From assembly GCA_040756875.1 (NCBI GenBank), contig JBFLYH010000001.1:992001-1056000 (forward strand): a stretch of DNA of 64,000 nucleotides, given 5' to 3'. Each line of letters opens with the position of its first letter. The first letter of the stretch is position 1. This DNA is from a candidate division FCPU426 bacterium (GTDB lineage Bacteria > Oederibacteriota > JAAXVQ01 > JAUVAV01). The notes under the pieces were generated by a model. The model made no database searches and had not been told where the DNA came from. It worked only from the letters and a program-made list of their open reading frames with translations. Of this stretch, positions 47,773 through 56,289 are shown piece by piece. The position numbers were made by a program, and so were the translations under genes.

Positions 47773-48873
47773 GGGGCTGGAGTCAACTTATCAACTTAAG
47801 CTTTTGTTCCTCCGCAACCTTCTCTCCGACTTTGATCAACTTTGCCAGCGCTGTGCTCGATATTTTCAGATACCGGGCGACTTCCGCACTGCTATAGCCA
47901 AGCTCTTTGCATCCCCAATAACCTATCAGCCCTTTGGCAAACGATATGGTGTTTCTTCTTCCTTTTTTCCCCAACTCCGATTTATCCACCCCCGTAAGCT
48001 CACATGCCCTTTCAACCAGTCGTTCCATCGTCCAACCTCCACGACGATTCTTTTCTTTCCTATTCATCTCTTCTTCCGCTCGTTTTAATACTTCCACAAC
48101 AAACTGGTCATCGCCCAAAATCAACTCCTGCCCGCGCCAAGTATTTCGGACATTATTTTCTTCTGTTTGACTCCTCCAGTCGTTCTCTTTCCGTTTTAAA
48201 TTGCCCCGAGTGAGTTCTGCACGTTTGCCTTGATCCCAACCCTCGCGAATATATTGGCGATAGGCTCGGATTGCGTCTGCTCTTTTAGCACTGAATGGTG
48301 ACAATACTTCCCCAGTGGTTTGCCATGAATTTCTCATTGTTCCGATAAGCGTTGCATGCCCGGTCCAGGCGTATCTATCCAATTCTTTCAAGTGTTTGAT
48401 TATTCCGGCACGCACGGGATTTAAATGAATATACCGGACCAGTTCCATCAAATACCCGCTCTCCTGACAGAGGATGGACTTAAATCTATTTTGGTACAAA
48501 TAGCCGCGCCGTTTATGCCGCCGGTTGAAATGAGCCGCATAGCCTGCCAGAAGCCTTTGCATGAATTCGCTCAATGATTTTTCGGATATTCGCAGGAGGA
48601 GGTGGATATGATTGCTCATCAATACCCAGGCATAACAACGGCACTTATAAAGGCACAGGTTTTCAGATAGTCTTTTTACAAATTCACTTCGATCGGCAGT
48701 ATCCATAAATAGCGCAGTGCCATTGATCCCGCGGGTGATGACATGGTAAATTGCCCCAGGCAGGTTGATTCTCTTTTGTCTGGCCATATTCATTTAGACT
48801 GCCATTTTAATATTTCCATTCACCTCCTGAGAATGATTCGGCTTTCTTAAGTTGATAAGTTGACTCCGGCCCC
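47773..48873 (-). mobile_element. RAYT-type element A bounded by 28-bp terminal inverted repeats
   Basis: 47773-47800 GGGGCTGGAGTCAACTTATCAACTTAAG versus the reverse complement of 48846-48873, GGGGCCGGAGTCAACTTATCAACTTAAG (27/28); no target-site duplication seen. Confidence 0.85.
47783..48787 (-). CDS. HUH Y1 transposase (RAYT/TnpA-REP type) with a DnaA-C-like HTH C-terminus (element A)
   Basis: YHVITRG, AWVLMSNHIHLL, YLYQNRFKS and YIHLNPVRAG; HTH tail; stop codon lies inside the terminal inverted repeat. Confidence 0.9.
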   Translation of the reverse strand: MARQKRINLPGAIYHVITRGINGTALFMDTADRSEFVKRLSENLCLYKCRCYAWVLMSNHIHLLLRISEKSLSEFMQRLLAGYAAHFNRRHKRRGYLYQNRFKSILCQESGYLMELVRYIHLNPVRAGIIKHLKELDRYAWTGHATLIGTMRNSWQTTGEVLSPFSAKRADAIRAYRQYIREGWDQGKRAELTRGNLKRKENDWRSQTEENNVRNTWRGQELILGDDQFVVEVLKRAEEEMNRKEKNRRGGWTMERLVERACELTGVDKSELGKKGRRNTISFAKGLIGYWGCKELGYSSAEVARYLKISSTALAKLIKVGEKVAEEQKLKLIS

Positions 48874-48885
48874 TTTCATTAACCT

Positions 48886-49105
48886 TTCACCACGAAGAGA
48901 ACCTCAAAACCCCTCACCACGAAGACACGAAGGGCACGAAGGAGGACTTGGGTTAAACATTTTCAACCTTTAAGCCTCAATACCCTTCATCACGAAGCCA
49001 CGAAGGGTACGAAGGAGGACTGAGGTTAAACATTCACACCCATTCAAACCATAATACTCCTCACCACAAAGACACGAAGCACACGAAGGAGGGCTAGGGT
49101 TAATA
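48886..49105 (+). repeat. Tandem array of CACGAAG-rich repeats (three full units at a 73-74-bp period plus one partial)
   Basis: Units start at 48914, 48987 and 49061: TCACCACGAAGACACGAAGGGCACGAAGGAGGACTTGGGTTAA-like sequence followed by ~30 variable A/C-rich bases. Confidence 0.85.
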
Positions 49106-49312
49106 AATAACCCCAATAACCCTTTAAGTTCTAATCATAAAGATTCAGAAAACAGTATATCTATCCAATCTTGCCATCATTTGCTTTCTTCGTGTTCGGG
49201 GTCGGCAATACCTTTCCTATCATTAATACTTATTACCCACTTATCATTTCATTTATTCATGCCGTTACTACCAATAACCCAGATCGGGCTTAATCAACAA
49301 GGCGGTGCAACG

Positions 49313-49879
49313 ATGCAACCCCAGCGCAGACGGCAGTATTTGATCAACAAGCCATTCCAATTGAAAATCATGCTCTATCTTTCCTTGTTGGTTGCGGGGG
49401 TTGTAGGGTTCGCACATATTCTGGCCACGACCTATGCCAAATTGGTGACGAAGGCCGTTTCAGCGGCTTCGGTCTCTAAACCGGTCGCCGCCAGTCTTCC
49501 GACCGGATTTATGGAAGGATTATGGCTCCCGGTCCTGGCAGCCATACTGGTAGGAATTGTATTCGTCATGATCGCGGGCCTGTTATATTCGCATAAAATT
49601 GCCGGCCCGCTTTTCAATCTCAAACGCGTCATGCAACGCGTGCAAAACGGAGATTTAAGCACCCTGATGCGTATCCGTTCGGGAGACGAGTTGCACGACG
49701 TGGAAGCCGCGTTCAATTTCATGGTGGTTGGTTTGAATCAAAGGCTGATCAACCTGCGCCAGGCCATACTCGATTTGCCGGAAAAAGATTCCCGGCATCT
49801 GCTCCGCCTGTTCCACGAGCATTTCCACACCGGCGAGGAGATCGACACGTTTTTGTCTCAGAAAATCCAGGTTCCCTAG
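49313..49879 (+). CDS. Two-TM HAMP-domain membrane protein (no signalling output domain)
   Basis: MQPQRRRQYLINKPFQLK N-terminus, two TM helices, 'SHKIAGPL...GDLS...IRSGDEL..V..AFN' HAMP domain; only convincing plus-strand gene in the window. Confidence 0.8.
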   Translation: MQPQRRRQYLINKPFQLKIMLYLSLLVAGVVGFAHILATTYAKLVTKAVSAASVSKPVAASLPTGFMEGLWLPVLAAILVGIVFVMIAGLLYSHKIAGPLFNLKRVMQRVQNGDLSTLMRIRSGDELHDVEAAFNFMVVGLNQRLINLRQAILDLPEKDSRHLLRLFHEHFHTGEEIDTFLSQKIQVP

Positions 49880-51730
49880 TCAGAATATTATCACCAATCC
49901 ACCCCGGGTTACCAACCCTGATATATTGATCTCCATATTCTTTCCTGTCCCGCTGTATTTGATATCATCATCCTCTGCATCTTTCAATTCATACATGCAT
50001 GACATGCGGTAGTTTATTTCCACCCCCAGCGCGATATTCCTGCCCAAATATATATCCATACCCGTCATCAGCTTCGTTCCCAAGGATTGACCCGAAAATG
50101 TTATGTCCATATACCCTATTCTCTCGCCTTGATAAAGCGCTTCCTGGCTGTAGATACTGTAAACACTCATATATTCCAAACCCGCACCAATTTTCATGAG
50201 TACATAGTCGCCCACCCGGCCCGCCAATGCCAATCCCACTCCAAATTCATGAAATGGCATTTGCAGGCCGATGTTGTAAGTAATCCGATCCCCCAAGGCA
50301 TTTTCTATTGTCGCCATGCCTTTTCTTTCAACCGGTATATAACTGTAATCAGCCATCAACACAAGACTGTCTGTCAGGCCATAGTCGCATTGAACACTCG
50401 CGCCAAAGTTGCCTTTGATTTCCGCTATATGTTCAACCGATCCGCCAGGTTGCGAACCAATCATATCCAGCAGGTTATTGGTGTTATGGATCAGGGTTTT
50501 GTTGATATCCTCTAAAAGAAACTGATGTTCCCCGGGCATTAATCTGACGGAAAAACGCCCGGCCATTTGATTGGGGGCTATATAGGCACGCGCAGGCACC
50601 GGGTGTGCAGATGGCCGACTAATGGTATTGGAGAATCCCGCCGTTTCTGCCCTAACCGCCGATGCCGCCGGTTTTGCAGGGACTGGCACGGACGCGCTTG
50701 CTTTCTTAGACCTTGTTTCGGGTTTGTGTTTTTCAACAGAGGCGGGAGGAGTCGATACTGCCGGTACTATCACTCCAAGCTTACCCGCCTCCTCAATTCT
50801 CGCCTGAGTCCGCGCGATATCCGCACTATATTTTTCTTCTCCACTTATTGTTTTCGCTTCCATGAAATAATTCAAAGCATCCCGCAGACGCCCTTCCTTC
50901 TCCTCATAAATGCCCAAGTTGTATATTGCCGCAACACGATCTTTAGGGAGCCCGGTAGTCTGCCCCTGTTTCCACAATTCCACTGCCCGGCGCCAGTCAT
51001 CTTTTTGAGCAGCTTGGTTCCCCTCCTTGATCAGCTGCGACTCTCCGTTTTCAAAAGTCCTGCTTTCCGTTACAAAATAGGGCGAGATTTTTCGTATAAA
51101 GGGCTCGTGAATATTCGCCAGGGATTCAATTACCACTTTATCCCAAGGCATTGAATTCTGTTGCGCACGTGCCCGGTCCTCCCCTTTGCTTATGCTATAT
51201 CCTGACCCGTTCACTTCTGAAGCTCCCAGGACACGCCCGGATTTATCGGAAACAGTGAATTCTATCCGCGTTTTAACTGAACGCTCGATTTCATACACTT
51301 TGTAAATCATCTCCTTGTCCTTATAGGTCTTTTCACCACCTGTATCTTCAATCGAATAGCGGACCAGCCCGGTTATAACCGCATCATATTCCGATCCATT
51401 CGTAAGTTGGTAATACCCATCTTTGAGGACCGCGAATTGAAGATTGCTCCAGACTGCTTGTTGAATTCCCGGGTGCTTTTCTTCCGCCTTTTTCTTCGCT
51501 CCGGCATCCAACGCCAGCCCAACCAATGCCCCTAAAAAGGTACTACCACCCTCATTCTTATTTTCATCCAGACTTAAATCTCCCGAGACGGTAAAAAGAT
51601 CGATCTTGATGGTTTTTGCCCCTGCCAGGTTCAACTCGGGCGCTCTTTTAATCTGTAAAAATACGGTGGTCGAACAACCTGAAGCAAAACAAATGATGCT
51701 CGCAATTAAAATGCATTTTGCTTTGTACAT
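49880..51730 (-). CDS. Lipoprotein with TPR helices fused through a Pro/Ala linker to a C-terminal OM beta-barrel-like domain
   Basis: Lipobox FASGC; TPR-like 'WRRAVELWKQ...AAIYNLGIYEEKEG...AL.YF'; low-complexity linker; alternating beta-strands ending in IIF. Confidence 0.65.
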   Translation of the reverse strand: MYKAKCILIASIICFASGCSTTVFLQIKRAPELNLAGAKTIKIDLFTVSGDLSLDENKNEGGSTFLGALVGLALDAGAKKKAEEKHPGIQQAVWSNLQFAVLKDGYYQLTNGSEYDAVITGLVRYSIEDTGGEKTYKDKEMIYKVYEIERSVKTRIEFTVSDKSGRVLGASEVNGSGYSISKGEDRARAQQNSMPWDKVVIESLANIHEPFIRKISPYFVTESRTFENGESQLIKEGNQAAQKDDWRRAVELWKQGQTTGLPKDRVAAIYNLGIYEEKEGRLRDALNYFMEAKTISGEEKYSADIARTQARIEEAGKLGVIVPAVSTPPASVEKHKPETRSKKASASVPVPAKPAASAVRAETAGFSNTISRPSAHPVPARAYIAPNQMAGRFSVRLMPGEHQFLLEDINKTLIHNTNNLLDMIGSQPGGSVEHIAEIKGNFGASVQCDYGLTDSLVLMADYSYIPVERKGMATIENALGDRITYNIGLQMPFHEFGVGLALAGRVGDYVLMKIGAGLEYMSVYSIYSQEALYQGERIGYMDITFSGQSLGTKLMTGMDIYLGRNIALGVEINYRMSCMYELKDAEDDDIKYSGTGKNMEINISGLVTRGGLVIIF

Positions 51731-51943
51731 ACTGCCCCTCCTGGCGTTTAGTCCGCCCGGATTGTTTCAGGCAACTCCAGGCAGAGCTCAAATAATCTCC
51801 TGGCTGTTTAGACCAGGAGGGGCATATTTCCATTCGTTTTTTTATTATCGATTTAAAGCGGGGATACACATCAGGTAGGCAACACATGCAGATTCAGAAA
51901 GGGTTGATCGTGCCGACCTCTATTTCGAGGAAACAAGTTCCAT

Positions 51944-52651
51944 TTATTTTCCTATAATCTTGTTATTCATCTTCACCACGCTGCTGATCGCGCCGCCCGG
52001 CGTGATCACTTTGGTAAAAACGCTTTTCGGGACCCAGCAGCCGTTCTTTTCCTCATATACCTGCTTGACCTCGATGGGCGGCATGGGGCCTGAGCCTGTA
52101 AAGTTCATCTGCGTGACCAGGCCGCGGTTGCGGTCGTAAATGAATTCCAAAGCTTTTTGATTGAGCATTGACTCGCTGGAGGCCATGGTGCCGTCTTCGT
52201 TACGAAAGTAACCCAGCACCCGGTAGAGATTCGAATCAGCGGGTTTGTTGGTCAGGTCAATATCCAGGTAAAACTGTTTGAGAAAAGCATACTGAAATAA
52301 ATCACTGCTCATGCCCGCCTGCTGTCCGCCGGTCGGAATTTCTTTGAATGCGCCGTGGCTGACCGAAATAAACGACTTCCCTCCTTCGGTTTTCACGGTT
52401 TGCGCTCTGGGTGCAACAAATTCCATGACGACTTTATCCGGCGCAATAAAAACATATGTTCCGCTTTGCTCAAGTTTGAAGCCTTCAACGCCGAATACAG
52501 TCATGGCGAATTCCGCTTCAATGGTTTTAATTTGATCTTGATGGGCTTTAAGATGATCGAATATTTCCGTAACCGAAAGCTCGGAAGCAACAGCTGGAAC
52601 CGCAGCCAAAACAGCGGTTATTAAGAGCAGGATTCGACCAACATTTTGCAT
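51944..52651 (-). CDS. LolA-like periplasmic carrier/chaperone protein (paralog 1)
   Basis: AGGAGGGG RBS before ATG 52651; signal peptide; 'LKAHQDQIKTIEAEF...QSGTYVFIAPDKVVMEF'; paralog of 39177..39884. Confidence 0.7.
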   Translation of the reverse strand: MQNVGRILLLITAVLAAVPAVASELSVTEIFDHLKAHQDQIKTIEAEFAMTVFGVEGFKLEQSGTYVFIAPDKVVMEFVAPRAQTVKTEGGKSFISVSHGAFKEIPTGGQQAGMSSDLFQYAFLKQFYLDIDLTNKPADSNLYRVLGYFRNEDGTMASSESMLNQKALEFIYDRNRGLVTQMNFTGSGPMPPIEVKQVYEEKNGCWVPKSVFTKVITPGGAISSVVKMNNKIIGK

Positions 52652-52800
52652 GGGATCCCCTCCTGTCCGAGAAGAACGCAGGTGCATTGAGCATATCACA
52701 TAAATATGTGCAATCCAAATAACGAAGCTCAAACAGCCCATACTCACTTAGACTTTCTTTATTAAATTCCCATTCATTTTATTAATTGTTTTAATGCGAT

Positions 52801-54240
52801 TTATTTCTTTTCTACAGGTTTGAGGCGGAAGATGAGGATGCCGGCGCCTTCCTTCCAGAGCGCGTAGCGGGGATCCAGGCGGATTTGATCCAGCACCTGC
52901 AAATATTTTTCACGGTTGAACGGCCAGATATTGCCCTGCACATGGAAAACGATGAAATGCGGCAGCTTGTCGAAAGCGTTCATGCCCAACACGGTGATGC
53001 GTTCGGGGTGGGAAATCTGCGGCCCCAAATTGGACTGGGCCAGCACCCGGCCTTTGGCCGGCAGGCTGTGCAACAGCTTGCGGGCAGCCTGGCTTTCCGC
53101 ATTGGCTTTCGCCGGCGTGACCCAGTTAAAATTGAAAATCAACAGGTACAATGCGATTCCCAGGGCCACGGCCTGCCGGGACGGGCTGTTTTGAAGGCGC
53201 CGATCCATGGCAGCCCAGCCCGCAGCCAGGGCCGCGAACAAAAACGGAATGATCGGGGCTGCATAATACCACTGCAGGGTGGCCTGGCTCAGACGGCTGG
53301 AAGCCAACTGAACCCAGACCGGCGGCAGCAACGCCAGGCCCCAGAAAGTCGCCAGCGGCAGGAACGCCGTGGCTAGAAGCATTTTTAAAAATTCAGGCGT
53401 GAACCACACTCCCAGCGTGGCAAACGGCTGGCTCAAAGCCCCAGCCAGGATGCCGAACAAGCCCTTGCCCCAGTGGGACCAGTGGCTGAAATAGGGATAA
53501 ACCCCGTGGTTAGCCAGCAGCATGGCGACCAGGGCCAACAGCCCCACAGCCAGGCAGACGCCGGCTGCGATCCAGGCCTGCAACCGGCGTTCACGGTAAA
53601 AGGCTCCGGCCATCAACAGCCAGGGCAGAAGATAAAAACCCGCATCCTCTTTAATGCCCAGCGCCAGGCCCAGCCAGACCCAGAATTTCCACGAAACGCC
53701 GGCTGCATACGCATCGAAAACCAGCAGGAACGCCAGCGGCAGTAAATGCTCCACCCGAAAATCCGAATTGGCCAAGCGGCCCGTGTAAACAAAGTTGTAG
53801 TAAACGAAAACCAGCACCAGGGCAGGAACCGCCTCCAGGCCAAGCCTGCGCGCCAAAGAATACAGAGGGACGCCGGCCAGGGCCAATGCCGCAGCCTGCA
53901 ACAATAAAAGGGTCAGGGGGGAATTGAACAATTTCATGACCGGCAGCAGCAGATAAAGGACCGGCGAAAAATGATCAGCCATCAGGCTTTTGCCGATGAT
54001 CGGCGAAAAGAGCTGCCAGTTGACGAACGCCTGCTGGTAAACGGTCAGATCGAGGGCATAGGTATTGAGCCCAACGTGGCGGGCAACGCCGAGGTAGAAA
54101 AACACGAAGACATAGAGGCCGACCAAAGTCCACAGCCAGACAGCGGGTTTGATTTTCGGCCAAGAGATGGGTTTGGGCAGCCAGCGCAATCCAGAATACA
54201 GCAAGGCGGCAAAGAGGCATAGTTTGAGGAATAGGCTCAA
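52801..54240 (-). CDS. DUF2079-family multi-pass membrane protein (GT-C-like)
   Basis: 'ALDLTVYQQ...DHFSP...LLLQA...KED' motifs; many TM segments. Confidence 0.75.
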   Translation of the reverse strand: MSLFLKLCLFAALLYSGLRWLPKPISWPKIKPAVWLWTLVGLYVFVFFYLGVARHVGLNTYALDLTVYQQAFVNWQLFSPIIGKSLMADHFSPVLYLLLPVMKLFNSPLTLLLLQAAALALAGVPLYSLARRLGLEAVPALVLVFVYYNFVYTGRLANSDFRVEHLLPLAFLLVFDAYAAGVSWKFWVWLGLALGIKEDAGFYLLPWLLMAGAFYRERRLQAWIAAGVCLAVGLLALVAMLLANHGVYPYFSHWSHWGKGLFGILAGALSQPFATLGVWFTPEFLKMLLATAFLPLATFWGLALLPPVWVQLASSRLSQATLQWYYAAPIIPFLFAALAAGWAAMDRRLQNSPSRQAVALGIALYLLIFNFNWVTPAKANAESQAARKLLHSLPAKGRVLAQSNLGPQISHPERITVLGMNAFDKLPHFIVFHVQGNIWPFNREKYLQVLDQIRLDPRYALWKEGAGILIFRLKPVEKK

Positions 54241-54350
54241 CGCGCTGCTCCTGGCTGACCGAATTCCCGGCGGACCGTGCGCACTCCGCCCGCCTCAGAA
54301 CAACATTGGTTACAGTTTATCGCAATGATTGGGGAAATTCCAGAAAAACC

Positions 54351-55073
54351 TCAAGGCATGGGTTCGTGCTCCCAATAGGCCATGTCCCACTCCCACCCCT
54401 CGGCGCGGGGATTGTGGCGCAAGGAGAAATACCAGGTTTTTTTGCCGTTCTCCCAGCCCGAGGTTTTGAGCACAACCTGGTTGTCTTCGTCCTTGGAATA
54501 GATTTCCACCACCGGCTGGTGGAGGTTTTTCATCTCCTCGGCCAGCAGATGCACGCCTTCCTGGTATTTCACGGCAAAGCGTTCCTCGTAACTGCGGCCG
54601 AAGCCGAAGTCACGTGAAATCAGGGCCTGCAGCGCCTGTTCATCCTGCTTGAGCAGGGCGTATTCCAACTTAAGAATCAGCTCGTCCACCGAGGGCATGA
54701 CCCAGCGCTTGTCCCCCAGCAGCCAATACAGGCGGTTTTCAGTCATGACGCCCAACTGGCTGTTGTCATGCAACACCGGATACTGGATGAGCAGGTGGAT
54801 GTACAATTTTTCGGCATCCTGATCCCGGCCGAACTGCTCGAAGGCCTGGGCGAGCAGATAAAGATAGAAAGACAAGGAGATAATGCGGGTGAAATGATGG
54901 GTCTTAACCACGATGGTCTCGACCCCTTTTCTTTCCAACCGGTTGTAATCGCGCAGGGATTTGGCCACTTGGGAAGGATTTTCGAAATCCACATTGCGCT
55001 GGGGCATGGTTTGCTGCCCACAGCCGGCAAGTAAGATCCAAAACGCCAGAATGACCGTTCCTAACCGTTTCAC
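54351..55073 (-). CDS. Hypothetical lipoprotein
   Basis: Lipobox LLAGC; one TPR-like helix pair; GC-rich codon usage. Confidence 0.7.
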   Translation of the reverse strand: MKRLGTVILAFWILLAGCGQQTMPQRNVDFENPSQVAKSLRDYNRLERKGVETIVVKTHHFTRIISLSFYLYLLAQAFEQFGRDQDAEKLYIHLLIQYPVLHDNSQLGVMTENRLYWLLGDKRWVMPSVDELILKLEYALLKQDEQALQALISRDFGFGRSYEERFAVKYQEGVHLLAEEMKNLHQPVVEIYSKDEDNQVVLKTSGWENGKKTWYFSLRHNPRAEGWEWDMAYWEHEPMP

Positions 55074-55138
55074 TTTCCTTCACCTTCCCTGAATGCAGGC
55101 TCTTTTAAGTATAACGCGTCCGGATGATATTTTCCATA

Positions 55139-55235
55139 TCCCCTCCCCCTCGAGGGGGGAGGGTCAGGGAGAGGGTGATCATGTTGCCTAAAGTCCACCC
55201 TCCCCTATATCCCCCACTCTCAAGGGAGGGGGGGA
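55139..55235. repeat. Intergenic REP-like inverted doublet
   Basis: TCCCCTCCCCCTCGAGGGGGGAGGGTCAGGGAGAGGGTG ... CACCCTCCCCTATATCCCCCACTCTCAAGGGAGGGGGGA; same family as 14170. Confidence 0.85.
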
Positions 55236-55255
55236 CGACAGAATGTATCAATAAT

Positions 55256-55293
55256 AAAAAAAGGCCGCCCCCTTGCGCGGGGACGGCCTTTTT
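55256..55293 (-). terminator. Rho-independent terminator after secF (possibly bidirectional)
   Basis: Minus strand AAAAAGGCCGTCCCC-GCGCAA-GGGGGCGGCC-TTTTTTT. Confidence 0.85.
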
Positions 55294-55307
55294 AATAACG
55301 GCGGTTA

Positions 55308-56225
55308 TCAGCGCGGCACCGGGCTGCGCGCGTTCCACTCCGAGATGAAATTGCTGGCCACAAAAATCGTGGAATAGGTTCCGATCACCAAGCCGATGGT
55401 CATGGCCAGGGAGAAGGTATAGATGACTTCCCCGCCCAAAAACAGCAGGGCGATGACGACCAGCATGGTGGCCAAGGACGTTACAATGGTGCGGGACAAG
55501 GTTTCATTGATGCTCCGGTTGACCAGGCCGTCGTACTCGGCCTTGCGGTCGTGCCTGAGGTTCTCGCGGATGCGGTCAAAGACCACCACCGTATCGTTGA
55601 GCGAGTAACCGGCAATGGTCAAAAGCGCGGTAAGCAGCAGCAAATTCATTTCAAAGCCAAGCAGATACATGATTCCGAGGACAGCCAGAATGTCGTGGAT
55701 GGTGGCCAGGGTGGCGGCCACGGAAAACCGGAAGTCAAAACGCCACCAGATATAAATGACGATTCCGACCATGGCCCAAAACAGGGCGAAGAGCGCCTGC
55801 TGCCGCAAATGGGCGGAAACCGACGGCCCTACGTCCTCGGAAGCCAGGATCACGGCTGGATTGTCAGGCAGGTTTTTTTGCAGAACCTGCAGCACCCGGG
55901 TGCTGACCTCCGAGGTTTTCAGGGAGGTGGCCTGAATGCGCAGCATGAACTTGTAACGCCCGGGGTCCGCGATGGTTTGAATGCTTGAATCCTGGAATTC
56001 GTCCGCTTTCAGGGCGTTGCGGACCTCTTCGGTCTTGATGGCTTTTGGAAATTCGACTTCCACCGTGGTGCCGCCGGAGAACTCAACCCCCATTTTGGCC
56101 CGTCCCAAGCTGAGTTGAAGGGTGGCATAAAGCCCCAAGGTCATCAGCACGGCCGAGAAGGCGAAACCGATCCAGCGGATTTTGGTGAACGGGATGTTCA
56201 TGTCATTGCGGATGAGCTGCATCAT
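55308..56225 (-). CDS. secF: Protein translocase subunit SecF
   Basis: GVEFSGGT, VGPSV, HDIL, GYSLNDTVVVFDRIREN and TLSRTIVTS motifs. Confidence 0.95.
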   Translation of the reverse strand: MMQLIRNDMNIPFTKIRWIGFAFSAVLMTLGLYATLQLSLGRAKMGVEFSGGTTVEVEFPKAIKTEEVRNALKADEFQDSSIQTIADPGRYKFMLRIQATSLKTSEVSTRVLQVLQKNLPDNPAVILASEDVGPSVSAHLRQQALFALFWAMVGIVIYIWWRFDFRFSVAATLATIHDILAVLGIMYLLGFEMNLLLLTALLTIAGYSLNDTVVVFDRIRENLRHDRKAEYDGLVNRSINETLSRTIVTSLATMLVVIALLFLGGEVIYTFSLAMTIGLVIGTYSTIFVASNFISEWNARSPVPR

Positions 56226-56289
56226 GCCTGGTGCCACTCCTTTTCGGGGTCTCCCCCGTTAGTCACCTTCATGGGCCCTGCGTTCGTTC

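Noticed and set aside
41666-48873. Composite transposon formed by the two RAYT elements
   Set aside because: The two elements have different IR sequences and divergent transposases, and no flanking target duplication is present, so a classical composite transposon is not supported.
48886-49105. Possible CRISPR array (repeat-spacer periodicity of 73-74 bp)
   Set aside because: Only three units; the repeats are degenerate, internally repetitive and non-palindromic; the spacers resemble each other in composition; no cas genes are in the window.
15254-52800. Diversity-generating retroelement acting on the giant gene
   Set aside because: No reverse transcriptase, and no TR/VR pair differing only at adenines, was seen in the window.
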